NCBI GenBank assembly: GCA_036009365.1 | Contig: DASYLY010000091.1 | Coordinates: 556-64,555 of the forward strand | Reading direction: 5' to 3' | Source: Solirubrobacterales bacterium | GTDB lineage: Bacteria > Actinomycetota > Thermoleophilia > Solirubrobacterales > 70-9 | Length of the DNA: 64,000 nucleotides | In this document: piece after piece, positions 34,694 to 43,684 of the stretch | Layout: each line of letters opens with the position of its first letter | Numbering within the stretch: the first letter of the stretch is position 1 | Notes under the pieces: generated by a model | What the model was told of the DNA's origin: nothing | Seen by the model: only the letters and a program-made list of their open reading frames with translations | Databases searched by the model: none | Translations under genes and position numbers: made by a program

Positions 34694-35854
34694 ATGCGCA
34701 GATTGGTCTTGCTCGCCTCCGCGATGGTCTTCATCGACGTCGCTTTCTTCTCGGCGATCGCGCCGCTGCTGCCGGACTACGTCGATGATCTCGGGCTGAG
34801 CGAGGCCGAGGCGGGGGTGCTCTCCGCTTCTTATGCGGCAGGCACGTTGCTCGCCTCGTTGCCGGCGGGCCTGGTCGCCAGCCGCTTCGGGCCGCGCCGC
34901 AGCGTCATCGTCGGTCTGCTGCTGCTCGGTTGCACCAGCGTCGTCTTCGGCTTCGCGGAGCAGATCGTCCTGCTCGACGCGACCCGTTTCGCCCAGGGCG
35001 TGGCGGGGGCGCTGATCTGGTCGGGGGCGCTGACCTGGTTGGTGACGACGGCGCCGCCTGAGCGGCGCGGTGCTGTGATCGGCACCGCCCTCGGGACCGC
35101 GGTTGCCGGCGCCCTGCTGGGACCGGCGCTCGGCGCTGTGGCGGGCACCGTCGGCACTGAGCCCGTTTTCGCCTCGGTCCTGCTGGTCACCCTGGCCCTG
35201 GCCTTCGCCGCCTCGCGCTTTCCCGAGGCGCCGGTGAGCGAGCGCCAGGACCTGCGCCAGGTGCTGGCGGCGATGCTGAGCCGCCCGGTCCGCAACGCCT
35301 TCGTCTTCGTCGCCGTGCCCTCGCTGATGTTCGGCGCGATCGAGGTGCTGGTGCCGCTGCGGATCGACGATCTTGGCGGCGGCCACGGCGTGATCGCCGC
35401 CGGCTTCATCGCCGGGGCGGCACTGGAGGCGGTGCTGGCGCCGCTGGCCGGTCGCTACTCGGATCAGGTCGGCCGCCGGCTGCCCTATGTCAGCGGCATG
35501 ACGATCTGCGCCCTGGCGATGGTGGCGATCGGTGTCGCGGGTTCGCTGGGTGGGGTGTTGGCGACGCTGGTCACGATCTCGCTGGGCGCCGGCTTCTGCT
35601 TCGCGCCGGCGATGACGATGCTCTCCGACGCGGCGACCGCGACGGACCTCCACCAGGGCTTTGCGGCCGGCCTCTCCAACATGTCCTGGGCGACTGGACA
35701 GGTGCTGGGTGGAATCGGCGGCGGCGTTGTCGCCAGCCTCTACGGCTTCGCCCTCCCCAGCTACCTGATCGCGGCGCTGCTGCTGGCCACCGTGCTCTAC
35801 GCCCTGCGGGCGCTGGCGCCGCGGCCGGACCTCGACGTCTCCGCATTAGGCTGA
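34694..35854 (+). CDS. MFS transporter
   Basis: 12-TM-like hydrophobic profile. Alternative TTG start at 34682. Confidence 0.8.
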   Translation: MRRLVLLASAMVFIDVAFFSAIAPLLPDYVDDLGLSEAEAGVLSASYAAGTLLASLPAGLVASRFGPRRSVIVGLLLLGCTSVVFGFAEQIVLLDATRFAQGVAGALIWSGALTWLVTTAPPERRGAVIGTALGTAVAGALLGPALGAVAGTVGTEPVFASVLLVTLALAFAASRFPEAPVSERQDLRQVLAAMLSRPVRNAFVFVAVPSLMFGAIEVLVPLRIDDLGGGHGVIAAGFIAGAALEAVLAPLAGRYSDQVGRRLPYVSGMTICALAMVAIGVAGSLGGVLATLVTISLGAGFCFAPAMTMLSDAATATDLHQGFAAGLSNMSWATGQVLGGIGGGVVASLYGFALPSYLIAALLLATVLYALRALAPRPDLDVSALG

Positions 35855-35859
35855 GGCCG

Positions 35860-37182
35860 ATGTCGGGGGGGCGAGAATCCGGCGGGGCGGATACCTGGAC
35901 CAACTGGGCCGGGGATCAAACCTGCCGCCCGGTCGAGGTGGTGCGCCCGCGCGGGCGCGAGGAGCTGGCGGAGGCGATCGCCGCGGCCGCCGCGGCCGGG
36001 CGCAAGGTCAGCGTCGCCGGCTCCGGACACTCCTTCACCGAGGCGGCGATGACCGACGGCACGATGCTGCGGATCGAGGCGCTGAGCGGGGTGATCGACG
36101 CCGACCCCGGCTCGGGCCTGGTCAAGGTCGCCGGCGGCACGGTGCTCGCCGATTTAAACGAGGAGCTGAGTCGGCTGGGGCTGGCGATGGAGAACCTCGG
36201 CGACATCGACACTCAGACGATCTCCGGGGCGATCTCGACCGGTACCCACGGGACCGGGGCGAGGCTGCGCAACATCTCCGCCCAGGTCGAGGGGCTGGAG
36301 CTGGTCCTCGGCGACGGCAGCGTCCGCCAGCTCGGCGCCGCCACGCACCCGGAGCTGCTGCGGGCGGCCCGGGTCGGGGTCGGCGCCCTCGGCGCGATCT
36401 CGGCGGTGACGTTGCGCTGCGTGCCCGCCTTCGTCTTGGAGCGGGTCGACACGCCGCGCCCGCGCGAGGAGGTGCTCGACTCCTTCCAGGAGCGGGCCGA
36501 CGCCAACGACCACTACGAGCTCTTCACCTTCCCTTACGCCGACACCGCCCTGGTGCTGGAACGCAACCGCACCGAGGCACCCCCGCACCCCCGCGGCCGG
36601 GTCCCCGTCTACCTCAACGACGTCGTGCTGGAGAACTGGGCGTTGGGCGCCCTCTCGGCAACCGGCAGGCGCTTTCCGGGACAGATCCCGCGGCTGGCGC
36701 GGCTGGCGGCCCGGGTCGCCTCGGGTAGTCGCGCAGTCGATCGCAGCGACCGGATCTTCGCCAACGAGCGCCGGGTCCGCTTCACCGAGATGGAGTACGG
36801 GGTGCCGCGCGAGCACGGCCCGGAGGCGGTGCGGCGGGTGGTCGAGTGGGTGCGGTCGAACCGCTACCCGGTCTTCTTCCCGATCGAGATGCGGGTTGCG
36901 GCGGGTGACGACGCCCTGCTCAGCCCCTCGCACCAGCGCGACACCGTCTACATCGCCGTCCACCAGTACCAGGGGATGGAGTGGCGGCCGTATTTCGAAG
37001 CGATCGAGGCGATCATGGACTCCTACGGCGGCCGCCCCCACTGGGGCAAGCGCCACTTCCAGACCGCCGCCACCTTGGCGCCGCGTTACCCCGCCTGGGC
37101 GGAGTTCCAGCGCGCCCGCGACGAGCTCGACCCGGGTCGCACTTTCACCAACGAGTACGCCGAGCGCGTTCTAGGTCCCTAG
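35860..37182 (+). CDS. FAD-linked sugar-1,4-lactone oxidase/dehydrogenase (GULO / D-arabinono-1,4-lactone oxidase family)
   Basis: WTNWAGDQTCRP..., VAGSGHSF (FAD-binding PCMH), and a C-terminal ALO-type region ending GRPHWGK. Confidence 0.85.
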   Translation: MSGGRESGGADTWTNWAGDQTCRPVEVVRPRGREELAEAIAAAAAAGRKVSVAGSGHSFTEAAMTDGTMLRIEALSGVIDADPGSGLVKVAGGTVLADLNEELSRLGLAMENLGDIDTQTISGAISTGTHGTGARLRNISAQVEGLELVLGDGSVRQLGAATHPELLRAARVGVGALGAISAVTLRCVPAFVLERVDTPRPREEVLDSFQERADANDHYELFTFPYADTALVLERNRTEAPPHPRGRVPVYLNDVVLENWALGALSATGRRFPGQIPRLARLAARVASGSRAVDRSDRIFANERRVRFTEMEYGVPREHGPEAVRRVVEWVRSNRYPVFFPIEMRVAAGDDALLSPSHQRDTVYIAVHQYQGMEWRPYFEAIEAIMDSYGGRPHWGKRHFQTAATLAPRYPAWAEFQRARDELDPGRTFTNEYAERVLGP

Positions 37183-37190
37183 CTGCGGGC

Positions 37191-38393
37191 CTACAAAAAT
37201 GACTTGCCATCGCCGCGATACGTCGGCACCACGTCGACGATCTCGTTGCCTTCGACCAGGTGGAGAGCGTCGAAGTGCTCGCAGAGCTCGCCGGCTTTGG
37301 CGTGGCGAAGGTAGGCACGATCGCCGATCTCCAACGCTGCGGCGGCATCGCCGATCAGCGGCGTCTGCACCTCGCCGGCCCCCTCCTCGGGGTCGAACTC
37401 GAGACCCGGCGGCAGCCAGGGCGCGGGCAGCCGTCCCGCGTCGCCGCTGCCAGAGGCGAGGTAGCCGCCGCCGAGCGCGGTTGCGACTTTCGCCGCTGGC
37501 TTGCGGACGATCGGCAGCGCGAAACCGGCGGCGGGCCTGAGGCTGAAGCGGCTGTAGTGGTCGAAGAGGGCGGGGGCGTAGAAGCCCGAACCGGCGGTCA
37601 CCTCCGTCACGGCCGGCTCGGCAGCGGTCAGTTCGAGGCTGCCGGTGCCGCCGCCGTTGACGATCTGCAGGTTGGCGTGCTCGCCGATCGCGGCGATGAC
37701 CGCGGCCCGTCGCTCGGCGATCTCGGCGGCGGAGCGGCGCTGCATGAAGCGGATCGCCGTCCCGCGCAGGCGGCGGCCTGGGGGACGGTCGCCGACGCCG
37801 GAGATCTGACCCTCGTAGGCCATCAGCGCCACCAGTTGCAGCTGTGGCCGGCGGGCGATCTCGGCGGCGAGCGCGACCGCCTGCTCGGCCGTGTGCACGG
37901 GGGAGCGCTTCGGTCCGATCTTGACCCGGTCGGCAAATGCCCACCAGCTGGCGTCGAGGTCGATGCAGACCCGCACCGGCGCCGCCCCGGCGCCCAGCAC
38001 CGACTCGATCGCGTCGAGGTGCTCGATGCAGTCGACCATCACGATTGGGGCGCCGGCCGGGTTGGCGACCGAGCGCAGCGCCAGCTCTCCGAGCGCGCCC
38101 GTGTCGGCGGTCGGGTAGGCGAGTAGCAGGTCCTCGAATCCCTGCTCGGCCAGCCACAGCGTCTCCGGCAGCGTGTAGGTCATCAGTCCGGCAAAGCGCC
38201 GGTCGCGAGCGAGGATCGCCTCGATCAGTGCCCGGCAGCGCAGCGACTTGCTCGCCACCCGCACCGTCTTCTCGCCCGCCCGCTCCAGCATCGAGTCGGC
38301 GTTGGCCCACATCGCGTCGAGGTCGACGAAGGCGAACGGCGCCTCGACCTCGGCGAAGATCTCCTCGAGCTGGACGTGCGAGCGAGCGGGCAT
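37191..38393 (-). CDS. PLP-dependent alanine-racemase-fold enzyme (amino-acid deaminase/aldolase, D-Ser dehydratase-like family)
   Basis: N-terminal TIM-barrel region with VRVASKSLRC (PLP Lys context); about 400 aa. Confidence 0.7.
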   Translation of the reverse strand: MPARSHVQLEEIFAEVEAPFAFVDLDAMWANADSMLERAGEKTVRVASKSLRCRALIEAILARDRRFAGLMTYTLPETLWLAEQGFEDLLLAYPTADTGALGELALRSVANPAGAPIVMVDCIEHLDAIESVLGAGAAPVRVCIDLDASWWAFADRVKIGPKRSPVHTAEQAVALAAEIARRPQLQLVALMAYEGQISGVGDRPPGRRLRGTAIRFMQRRSAAEIAERRAAVIAAIGEHANLQIVNGGGTGSLELTAAEPAVTEVTAGSGFYAPALFDHYSRFSLRPAAGFALPIVRKPAAKVATALGGGYLASGSGDAGRLPAPWLPPGLEFDPEEGAGEVQTPLIGDAAAALEIGDRAYLRHAKAGELCEHFDALHLVEGNEIVDVVPTYRGDGKSFL

Positions 38394-38452
38394 GGCCCCG
38401 AGACTAACCGCGCGGTCGCCGGTTACTTCCTACAATCGAGGCCGAAGTGCCC

Positions 38453-38541
38453 GGAGAGGTGGCCGAGTGGCTGAAGGCACTCGCCTGCTAAGCGAGTAGG
38501 GGGCGCAAGCTCTCTCGAGGGTTCGAATCCCTCCCTCTCCG
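38453..38541 (+). tRNA. tRNA-Ser (anticodon GCT)
   Basis: GGAGAGGTGGCCGAGTGG..., anticodon loop CTGCTAA, long variable arm, GGTTCGAATCC. Confidence 0.9.
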
Positions 38542-38550
38542 TCGTCGTTC

Positions 38551-39231
38551 TCAGGGTCGCGCTCTGCGTCTCGGCGAGTCGGCGGCGGCACTTCGGCCGG
38601 GGGTTCGCGTGAGATTGGCGCGCCTTCTCCGAGAGCGGGCAAGCTTTTCCATCTTGCCGGCCGCCAGTGCCAGGCCGATATACGGCCCGACAACGACAAC
38701 GAACAGAAGCAGCACTGCGCACGTCCGCGCATGCCTTGCCATGGCAAGGCCGTTGCGCAGGCGCAAACGCACTGCATGTGTCAAGAGTGGCAGCACGAAC
38801 CTGACCGGATCGAGCACCGTCTTCCCCGAGCGGAGGTCTGCTTGCAGCTCCGCGATCGCCGCGGCGGGAGAGCTCCAGGCAATCGGCTCGCGCCGCAGTT
38901 GGAATTTCCCTTCCGCCGGATCCTCGAAGTCGTCGTCCAGGCTCCGCAGGATGTCGGCCCAGAATTCAGAGCTCGCAGCGGTGCTCGGTGCGAGCATGCC
39001 GGCCAGCCGAGCGATCCCGCAAGCAAGTCGGAAAGTCGGCGACTGTGACTCGGGCCACAGCCAACTGACCGCTCGCTCCGCGAGCCGCTTCCGCAGGGCT
39101 TGCATGACCCCGGTCAGGAGCCAGAGGGCAGCGACTCCGGTTGCTGCCAGGACAAGCAAGGCGGCGTCTATGCGAACGCCTCCCTCATCGAGCCCGACGC
39201 GCCTCGATCCTCCTTGACGGCCTGTCGCCAC
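38551..39231 (-). CDS. hypothetical membrane protein downstream of PadR
   Basis: Two hydrophobic segments. The start is uncertain because the ORF overlaps the PadR gene by 64 nt; a TTG at 39159 is an alternative. Confidence 0.4.
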   Translation of the reverse strand: MATGRQGGSRRVGLDEGGVRIDAALLVLAATGVAALWLLTGVMQALRKRLAERAVSWLWPESQSPTFRLACGIARLAGMLAPSTAASSEFWADILRSLDDDFEDPAEGKFQLRREPIAWSSPAAAIAELQADLRSGKTVLDPVRFVLPLLTHAVRLRLRNGLAMARHARTCAVLLLFVVVVGPYIGLALAAGKMEKLARSRRRRANLTRTPGRSAAADSPRRRARP

Positions 39232-39509
39232 TCCTCGAGAGTCGCTTCCGTCGCGGAGAGCTGCTTGGTGTCAAGCCGATACAGGCGTCTCGGCCGGCGT
39301 CCGGCTGCTACCGCGACCTCCTGCGGCTCCCACGCGGATGTGAGGAACCCGCGCTCCTCGAAGCGATGCAGGATGGGGTAGAGGAGTCCGGACTTTAGAT
39401 TGGCTTCGCGGATGATCTCCAGTCCATAGCGCTCTCGCTCCGGGTCTTGGAGGAACAGCAGCAGGACCGCTGCTGCCTGGTCGCTTAAACGCCGTGCTCT
39501 CTTTGCCAT
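39168..39509 (-). CDS. PadR-family transcriptional regulator (short form)
   Basis: YGLEIIREANLKSGLLYPILHRFEERGFL...RRLYRL. Confidence 0.75.
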   Translation of the reverse strand: MAKRARRLSDQAAAVLLLFLQDPERERYGLEIIREANLKSGLLYPILHRFEERGFLTSAWEPQEVAVAAGRRPRRLYRLDTKQLSATEATLEEWRQAVKEDRGASGSMREAFA

Positions 39510-39577
39510 CCCAATAAATCTACCATGGAAGACTTTATAGATAGAGAGTCCGAAGGTCCTCCCTCTAAAGTCAAGCG

Positions 39578-41032
39578 ATGGAGGCCGCCTCGAATCCCCT
39601 GCGCGCCGCTCACATCGGGCGGCGGACGAAGATCATCGCCACGGTTGGCCCGGCGAGCTGGGAGCCGGCGGTCCTGGAGCAGCTGATCGAGGCCGGCGCC
39701 GACGTCTTCCGCCTCAACTTTTCCCACGCCGGCAGGGATCGCCACGCGCAGACGATCGAGGACGTCCGTGCTGCCGCTCAGAAGGTCGGGCGCGAGGTCG
39801 CGGTGCTCGGTGACCTGCCGGGGCCGAAGCTGCGCATCGGCGAGCTGCGCGACGACTTCGCCGAGCTGAAAACGGGGATGCACGTGACCCTGACGCCGCG
39901 TGAGGTGGAGGGTGACGGCGAGACGATCCCGGTCTCCTGGCCCGGCGTTACCGACCTGCGTGAGGACCAGCTCGTCTACCTTGCCGACGGGGCGATCCGC
40001 CTGCGGGTCAACGACCCCGAGCCCGACGGCGTCGACTGCGAGATCGAGGTGGGCGGGACGCTCTCCTCCCACAAGGGCATGAACATCCCTGGCGGCGCTG
40101 ATCTGCCGGCGACTACCGGCGTCGACCTCGGCTGGGTTGAGTTCGCGGTCGCCCATGGCGTCGACCTGCTGGCCGTCTCCTTTGTCTCCACCGCCGCCGA
40201 CCTGGCGCCGGTCGCGGCGCGGCTGCGCGAGCTCGACTCCAACATCCCGCTAATCGCCAAGATCGAGAAGCGGGAGGCGGCGGCCAACGCCGAGGAGATC
40301 GTCCGCGTCGCCGGCGGCGGGATCATGGTCGCGCGCGGGGACCTCGGCATCGAAGTGCCGCTGGAGAAGGTGCCGGTCGAGCAGAAGCGGCTGATCCGCG
40401 TCGCCGGGCAGCGCTCCAAGCCGGCGATCACGGCGACCCAGATGCTGGCCTCGATGGTCACCGCTCGCCGCCCGACTCGGGCTGAGGTGACCGACGTCGC
40501 CAACGCGATCTACGACGGCACCGACGCGATCATGCTCTCCGAGGAGACCGCGGTCGGCCAGAACCCGATCGAGGCGGTGCGGGTGATGGACCGGATCGCC
40601 CGCGCCACTGAGCCCGACCTGCGCTACGGCGAGTGGCTGTTCACCCGCACCGACCAGACGACCCAGGACGTCGCCGACTCGGTTGCCCAGGGCGCCGTCG
40701 GCGCGGTCTACCGGCTCGGCCTGAAGGCGCTGGTGGTGCCGACCAACAGCGGTCGCACCGCTCGCCTCGTCTCCGCCCACCGCCCCAACGTGCCGGTGCT
40801 GGCGATCTCGCCGTACATCGAGACGGTGCGGCGCCTCAACCTTCTCTTCGGCATTACCGCGGTGCAGAGCGACTTCGGCAGCGAGCTGCGCAGCCTGCTC
40901 GGCCACTGCGCGGGCCTGGCCGCCACTTACGGCGTCGCCGCACCTGGTGAGCTGATCGCGATCACCGCCGGGCTCGACGGCCAGGAAATGGGCACCAACC
41001 TGTTCGAGGTCCACAGGGTGCCGGAGCTGTGA
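39578..41032 (+). CDS. pyk: pyruvate kinase
   Basis: RRTKIIATVGPAS, FRLNFSHA, MVARGDLGIEVP, MLSEETA. Confidence 0.95.
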   Translation: MEAASNPLRAAHIGRRTKIIATVGPASWEPAVLEQLIEAGADVFRLNFSHAGRDRHAQTIEDVRAAAQKVGREVAVLGDLPGPKLRIGELRDDFAELKTGMHVTLTPREVEGDGETIPVSWPGVTDLREDQLVYLADGAIRLRVNDPEPDGVDCEIEVGGTLSSHKGMNIPGGADLPATTGVDLGWVEFAVAHGVDLLAVSFVSTAADLAPVAARLRELDSNIPLIAKIEKREAAANAEEIVRVAGGGIMVARGDLGIEVPLEKVPVEQKRLIRVAGQRSKPAITATQMLASMVTARRPTRAEVTDVANAIYDGTDAIMLSEETAVGQNPIEAVRVMDRIARATEPDLRYGEWLFTRTDQTTQDVADSVAQGAVGAVYRLGLKALVVPTNSGRTARLVSAHRPNVPVLAISPYIETVRRLNLLFGITAVQSDFGSELRSLLGHCAGLAATYGVAAPGELIAITAGLDGQEMGTNLFEVHRVPEL

Positions 41033-41808
41033 GCTCCCCGGTCCGAGTCGAGCGCGAGGAGGGTCTGGCGGTGCTGACCCTCGACAGCCCACCGCTGAAC
41101 CTCTTCGACCAGGCGATGATCGACGGCATCGAGGCGGCGATCGAGGCCGTCGTCGCCGAGCCGCCTCGGGCGCTGCTGATCCGGGCCGAGGGGCGCGCTG
41201 TTTCAGGCGGCGTCGACGTCCACGTCTTCGAGGGGCTCAGCCCCGAGCAGGCGAGCGCGCTCTGGGGCCGGCTGCTGGGGATGATCGACACGCTCGAGGC
41301 GCTGCCGCTGCCCACCGTCTTCGCCGCGCACGCCCTGACTCTGACCGCGGCCTTCGAGATCTCGCTCGCCTGCGACCTGATCGTCGCCGCGCCGGTAGCG
41401 AAGTTCGGCCTGGTCGAGAAAGTGGTCGGGCTGACGCCTTCGATGGGCGGCACCCAACGCCTCGCCGAGCGTGCCGGCAGCGGCCGGGCGCGGCAGTTGG
41501 TGATGACTGGCGAGCTGTTCTCGGCTGAGGAACTGGAGCGCTGGGGCGCCGTCAACCTGATTTTCGACGGCGAGGACTTCGACGCCCAGGCCCGCGCCTT
41601 CGCCGCCGAGTTGGCGACGGGGCCAACCAAGGCCCACGCGATGACCAAGCACATCCTTGCCCGCTTCCGCCAGGGCGGTGTACCGGCCGCCGATGAGGCG
41701 GTGCGGCGGGATGCAGGTGACCTCTTCGCAACCGAGGATCTGCAGGGCGCCGTCCGCACCTTCCTCGAGCGGGGGGGTCCGGGGCACGCGACCTTCGAGG
41801 GGCGTTAG
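41029..41808 (+). CDS. enoyl-CoA hydratase/isomerase (crotonase) family protein
   Basis: LTLDSPPLNL..., crotonase-fold oxyanion segments. The GTG start overlaps the pyk stop (GTGA). Confidence 0.85.
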   Translation: MSSPVRVEREEGLAVLTLDSPPLNLFDQAMIDGIEAAIEAVVAEPPRALLIRAEGRAVSGGVDVHVFEGLSPEQASALWGRLLGMIDTLEALPLPTVFAAHALTLTAAFEISLACDLIVAAPVAKFGLVEKVVGLTPSMGGTQRLAERAGSGRARQLVMTGELFSAEELERWGAVNLIFDGEDFDAQARAFAAELATGPTKAHAMTKHILARFRQGGVPAADEAVRRDAGDLFATEDLQGAVRTFLERGGPGHATFEGR

Positions 41809-41818
41809 GGTCTCGACC

Positions 41819-42274
41819 ATGACCGACTTCGACGCAATTGCACAAGGTATGACCCAGGCTGTTCCCTTCGCCGGGAACCTGGGTCTCGAGATCACCGGCA
41901 TCAGCGAGGGCGAAGCGACCGTCGTCCTCCCCGATCGCCCCGAGCTCGGCAACCACGTCGGCTCCCAGCACGCCGGCGCTCTCTTCACCGTCGCCGAGAC
42001 GGCATCGGGCGCGGCCTTCGTCGGCGCCTTCGCCGAGCGCATGGGCGACGTCACGCCGCTCGCCCGCAGCGCTGAGATCGCCTACGAGAAGATCGCCAAG
42101 GGCCCGATCACCGCAACCGCCACCCTCGGCGTCGCCAAAGACGACGCTCTTGCCGCCCTCGACGCCGACGGCAAGGTCGAGTTCCCCTGCGAGGTAAAGC
42201 TCGCGGACGAGTCCGGCCTCCAGGTGGCCACCGCCACCGTCCACTGGCACGTCCGGCTCAAAACGCCGGCCTAG
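41819..42274 (+). CDS. hotdog-fold thioesterase (PaaI/DUF4442-like)
   Basis: NHVGSQHAGALFTVAETASGAA is a typical PaaI-like segment. ATG 41819. Confidence 0.65.
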   Translation: MTDFDAIAQGMTQAVPFAGNLGLEITGISEGEATVVLPDRPELGNHVGSQHAGALFTVAETASGAAFVGAFAERMGDVTPLARSAEIAYEKIAKGPITATATLGVAKDDALAALDADGKVEFPCEVKLADESGLQVATATVHWHVRLKTPA

Positions 42275-42343
42275 CCCCCGGCTCCCTCCCCGCGCATCAA
42301 AGCCCGTAGAATCGCCCGTCCGGGGACCCCAAGCCCCTAGCTT

Positions 42344-42417
42344 GCGCCAGTAGCTCAGCCGGATAGAGCGTCGGTCTACGAAACCGAAGGTCACAGGTTC
42401 GAATCCTGTCTGGCGCA
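42344..42417 (+). tRNA. tRNA-Arg (anticodon ACG)
   Basis: GCGCCAGTAGCTCAGCCGGATAGAGC, anticodon loop CTACGAA, GGTTCGAATCC, acceptor CTGGCGC + A. Confidence 0.92.
42376..42416 (+). repeat. attL core (3' 41 nt of tRNA-Arg)
   Basis: ctacgaaaccgaaggtcacaggttcgaatcctgtctggcgc, identical to 51964-52004. Confidence 0.85.
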
Positions 42418-42488
42418 TAGACGTGATCCCGCTTGGGAAGCGGGTTTGCGGGGATTTGAGGCTCGGCCGGGAAGGCCGAAAAGAGCGC

Positions 42489-42509
42489 TGGGGCAACGCC
42501 TGGGGCAAC
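42489..42509 (+). repeat. two direct TGGGGCAAC boxes, 12-bp period (candidate recombinase arm-type sites, attL side)
   Basis: tggggcaac at 42489-42497 and 42501-42509. The same doublet is found at 50041-50061 and 51846-51866. Confidence 0.5.
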
Positions 42510-42644
42510 ACGAGGTCCGGGTAGAGGTTCGGCCTGGCCCTTGAGAGGGCGCTTCCCTCCACCTACGTTCGCCGCCGAAAGCACCCAACAAGCACCCCCG
42601 CGCTGCGCAAACAGCCGGGGGCATGGCACAGAAGGCGAGCTCCC

Positions 42645-42935
42645 ATGCACGACAAGGTTATGGGCGCGGGCGAGCAGAAGCTCGACTCGACCGCGGCCGA
42701 AGACGCACGCGACCAGGCGCAGGTTCTCCGCACGGCTCTGGACCTCTACCCGGCGACGCTGACGCTCGACGAGCTGGTCCGCGAGTTGACTGTTGCCTCG
42801 CCCGATTTCTCAGAGCAGGATCGAATCCAGCGAGCTGTCCGCGACCTGACCGCGGGCGGCCTGGTCCAGCGGATCGGCGATCTCGTCATGCCGACGAGGG
42901 CCGCGGTGAACTTCAACGCCCTGCCCCGCGAATGA
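42645..42935 (+). CDS. small winged-helix-like protein, island-associated (paralog of 52652-52936)
   Basis: Clear paralogy over about 65 aa with 52652-52936 (..LTLDELVRELT...RIQRAVRDLTAGGLVQRIGDLVMPTRAA.. vs ..LTMPELVEEMC...AVERAVRELIATGLVLRQGAFVVPTPAA..). ATGA overlap with the next gene. Confidence 0.6.
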   Translation: MHDKVMGAGEQKLDSTAAEDARDQAQVLRTALDLYPATLTLDELVRELTVASPDFSEQDRIQRAVRDLTAGGLVQRIGDLVMPTRAAVNFNALPRE

Positions 42936-43552
42936 CGGGCGGCGGAGGAAAGGTCGGGCGGGGGAAGCTGCGGCTCTTCGTCGCACTCGACCTGCCCGTG
43001 GCGGTGCGCCGCGATCTGAACGTGTGGCGACGGGCGGCGCTGACCGATCCGGCCCTTCGCTTCACCGAGGGGCCGCGAATGCTCCTTCTCTTCCTCGGCC
43101 ACCGACCGCAGCGGGAGGTCGTCCCATGCCTGGAGGCGATCCGAGAGCTGTGCGCAAGGGCGCCCGCGCCCCTGATCGAGCTGGCCGATGTCGAAGCGAG
43201 GGGCCGCCGGCCCACTCGCCCCCGGCTGTTCGCGCTGCCGGCAAGGTTGCCTGGCGTGGAAGTTCTCCAACTCGCCCTGCGCTCTGCTTTCGAGTCGCAG
43301 GGGCTGGCCTTCCACGAACCCAGGCAGCGGTCGTTCTGGCCGCACCTGACCGTCGCCAGGGTGGCGACCGAGCAGCGCCCGTCGCGCTGTCCGCTGCTGG
43401 TTCACGATCTGCCCGACCGCCCGCTCCCGGCTGGACTGCGAGAGCCGTTCAGAGCGGAGAGCGTCGGCCTCTACTTGTCTGAGCTGTGGCCGGACGGAGC
43501 GCGTCACCGGCTGCTGGGAAGGGCCGAGCTGGCGGCTGTTCCTGGTCGTTGA
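42932..43552 (+). CDS. 2H-phosphoesterase (LigT/ThpR)-like protein with degenerate first HxT motif
   Basis: N-terminus LRLFVALDLP (ThpR-like), second motif WPHLTVARV intact (43343-43354), but the first motif position reads PRMLLLFLG (43073-43099) instead of xHxTLxFLG. Confidence 0.6.
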   Translation: MTGGGGKVGRGKLRLFVALDLPVAVRRDLNVWRRAALTDPALRFTEGPRMLLLFLGHRPQREVVPCLEAIRELCARAPAPLIELADVEARGRRPTRPRLFALPARLPGVEVLQLALRSAFESQGLAFHEPRQRSFWPHLTVARVATEQRPSRCPLLVHDLPDRPLPAGLREPFRAESVGLYLSELWPDGARHRLLGRAELAAVPGR

Positions 43553-43612
43553 CGACGGGGTTGTCGCTGGGGTTTACCGGGGGGTTTCCACCGGGGTTGA
43601 CACGCGATTTGA

Positions 43613-43684
43613 GTTCGCACTGCGGCTCGCTCTGCACTTCGCTCTGTGGTTCGCACTGCACTTCGCACTGCAGTTCGCATCGCG
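43613..43684. repeat. 6 x 12-bp tandem repeat, consensus (G/C)TTCGC(A/T)CTG(C/T)(A/G)
   Basis: Units gttcgcactgcg / gctcgctctgca / cttcgctctgtg / gttcgcactgca / cttcgcactgca / gttcgcatcgcg, read directly. Located 310 bp upstream of the integrase start. Confidence 0.85.

Noticed and set aside
38453-39509. tRNA-Ser(GCT) as a second integration site with PadR + membrane protein as cargo
   Set aside because: No direct repeat of the tRNA 3' end is visible downstream, there is no recombinase, GC looks native, and PadR + membrane-protein pairs are common chromosomal operons.
42297-42650. Minus-strand ORFs (117 and 77 aa) covering the tRNA-Arg gene
   Set aside because: They read straight through the tRNA (..IRTCDLRFRRPTLYPAEL..). 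This is a common artefact, and a similar one covers the att repeat at 51666-52058.
43613-43684. Tandem 12-bp repeats as a CRISPR array
   Set aside because: The units are contiguous with no spacers and are far too short, and there are no cas genes. It is an iteron or microsatellite-like array, not CRISPR.
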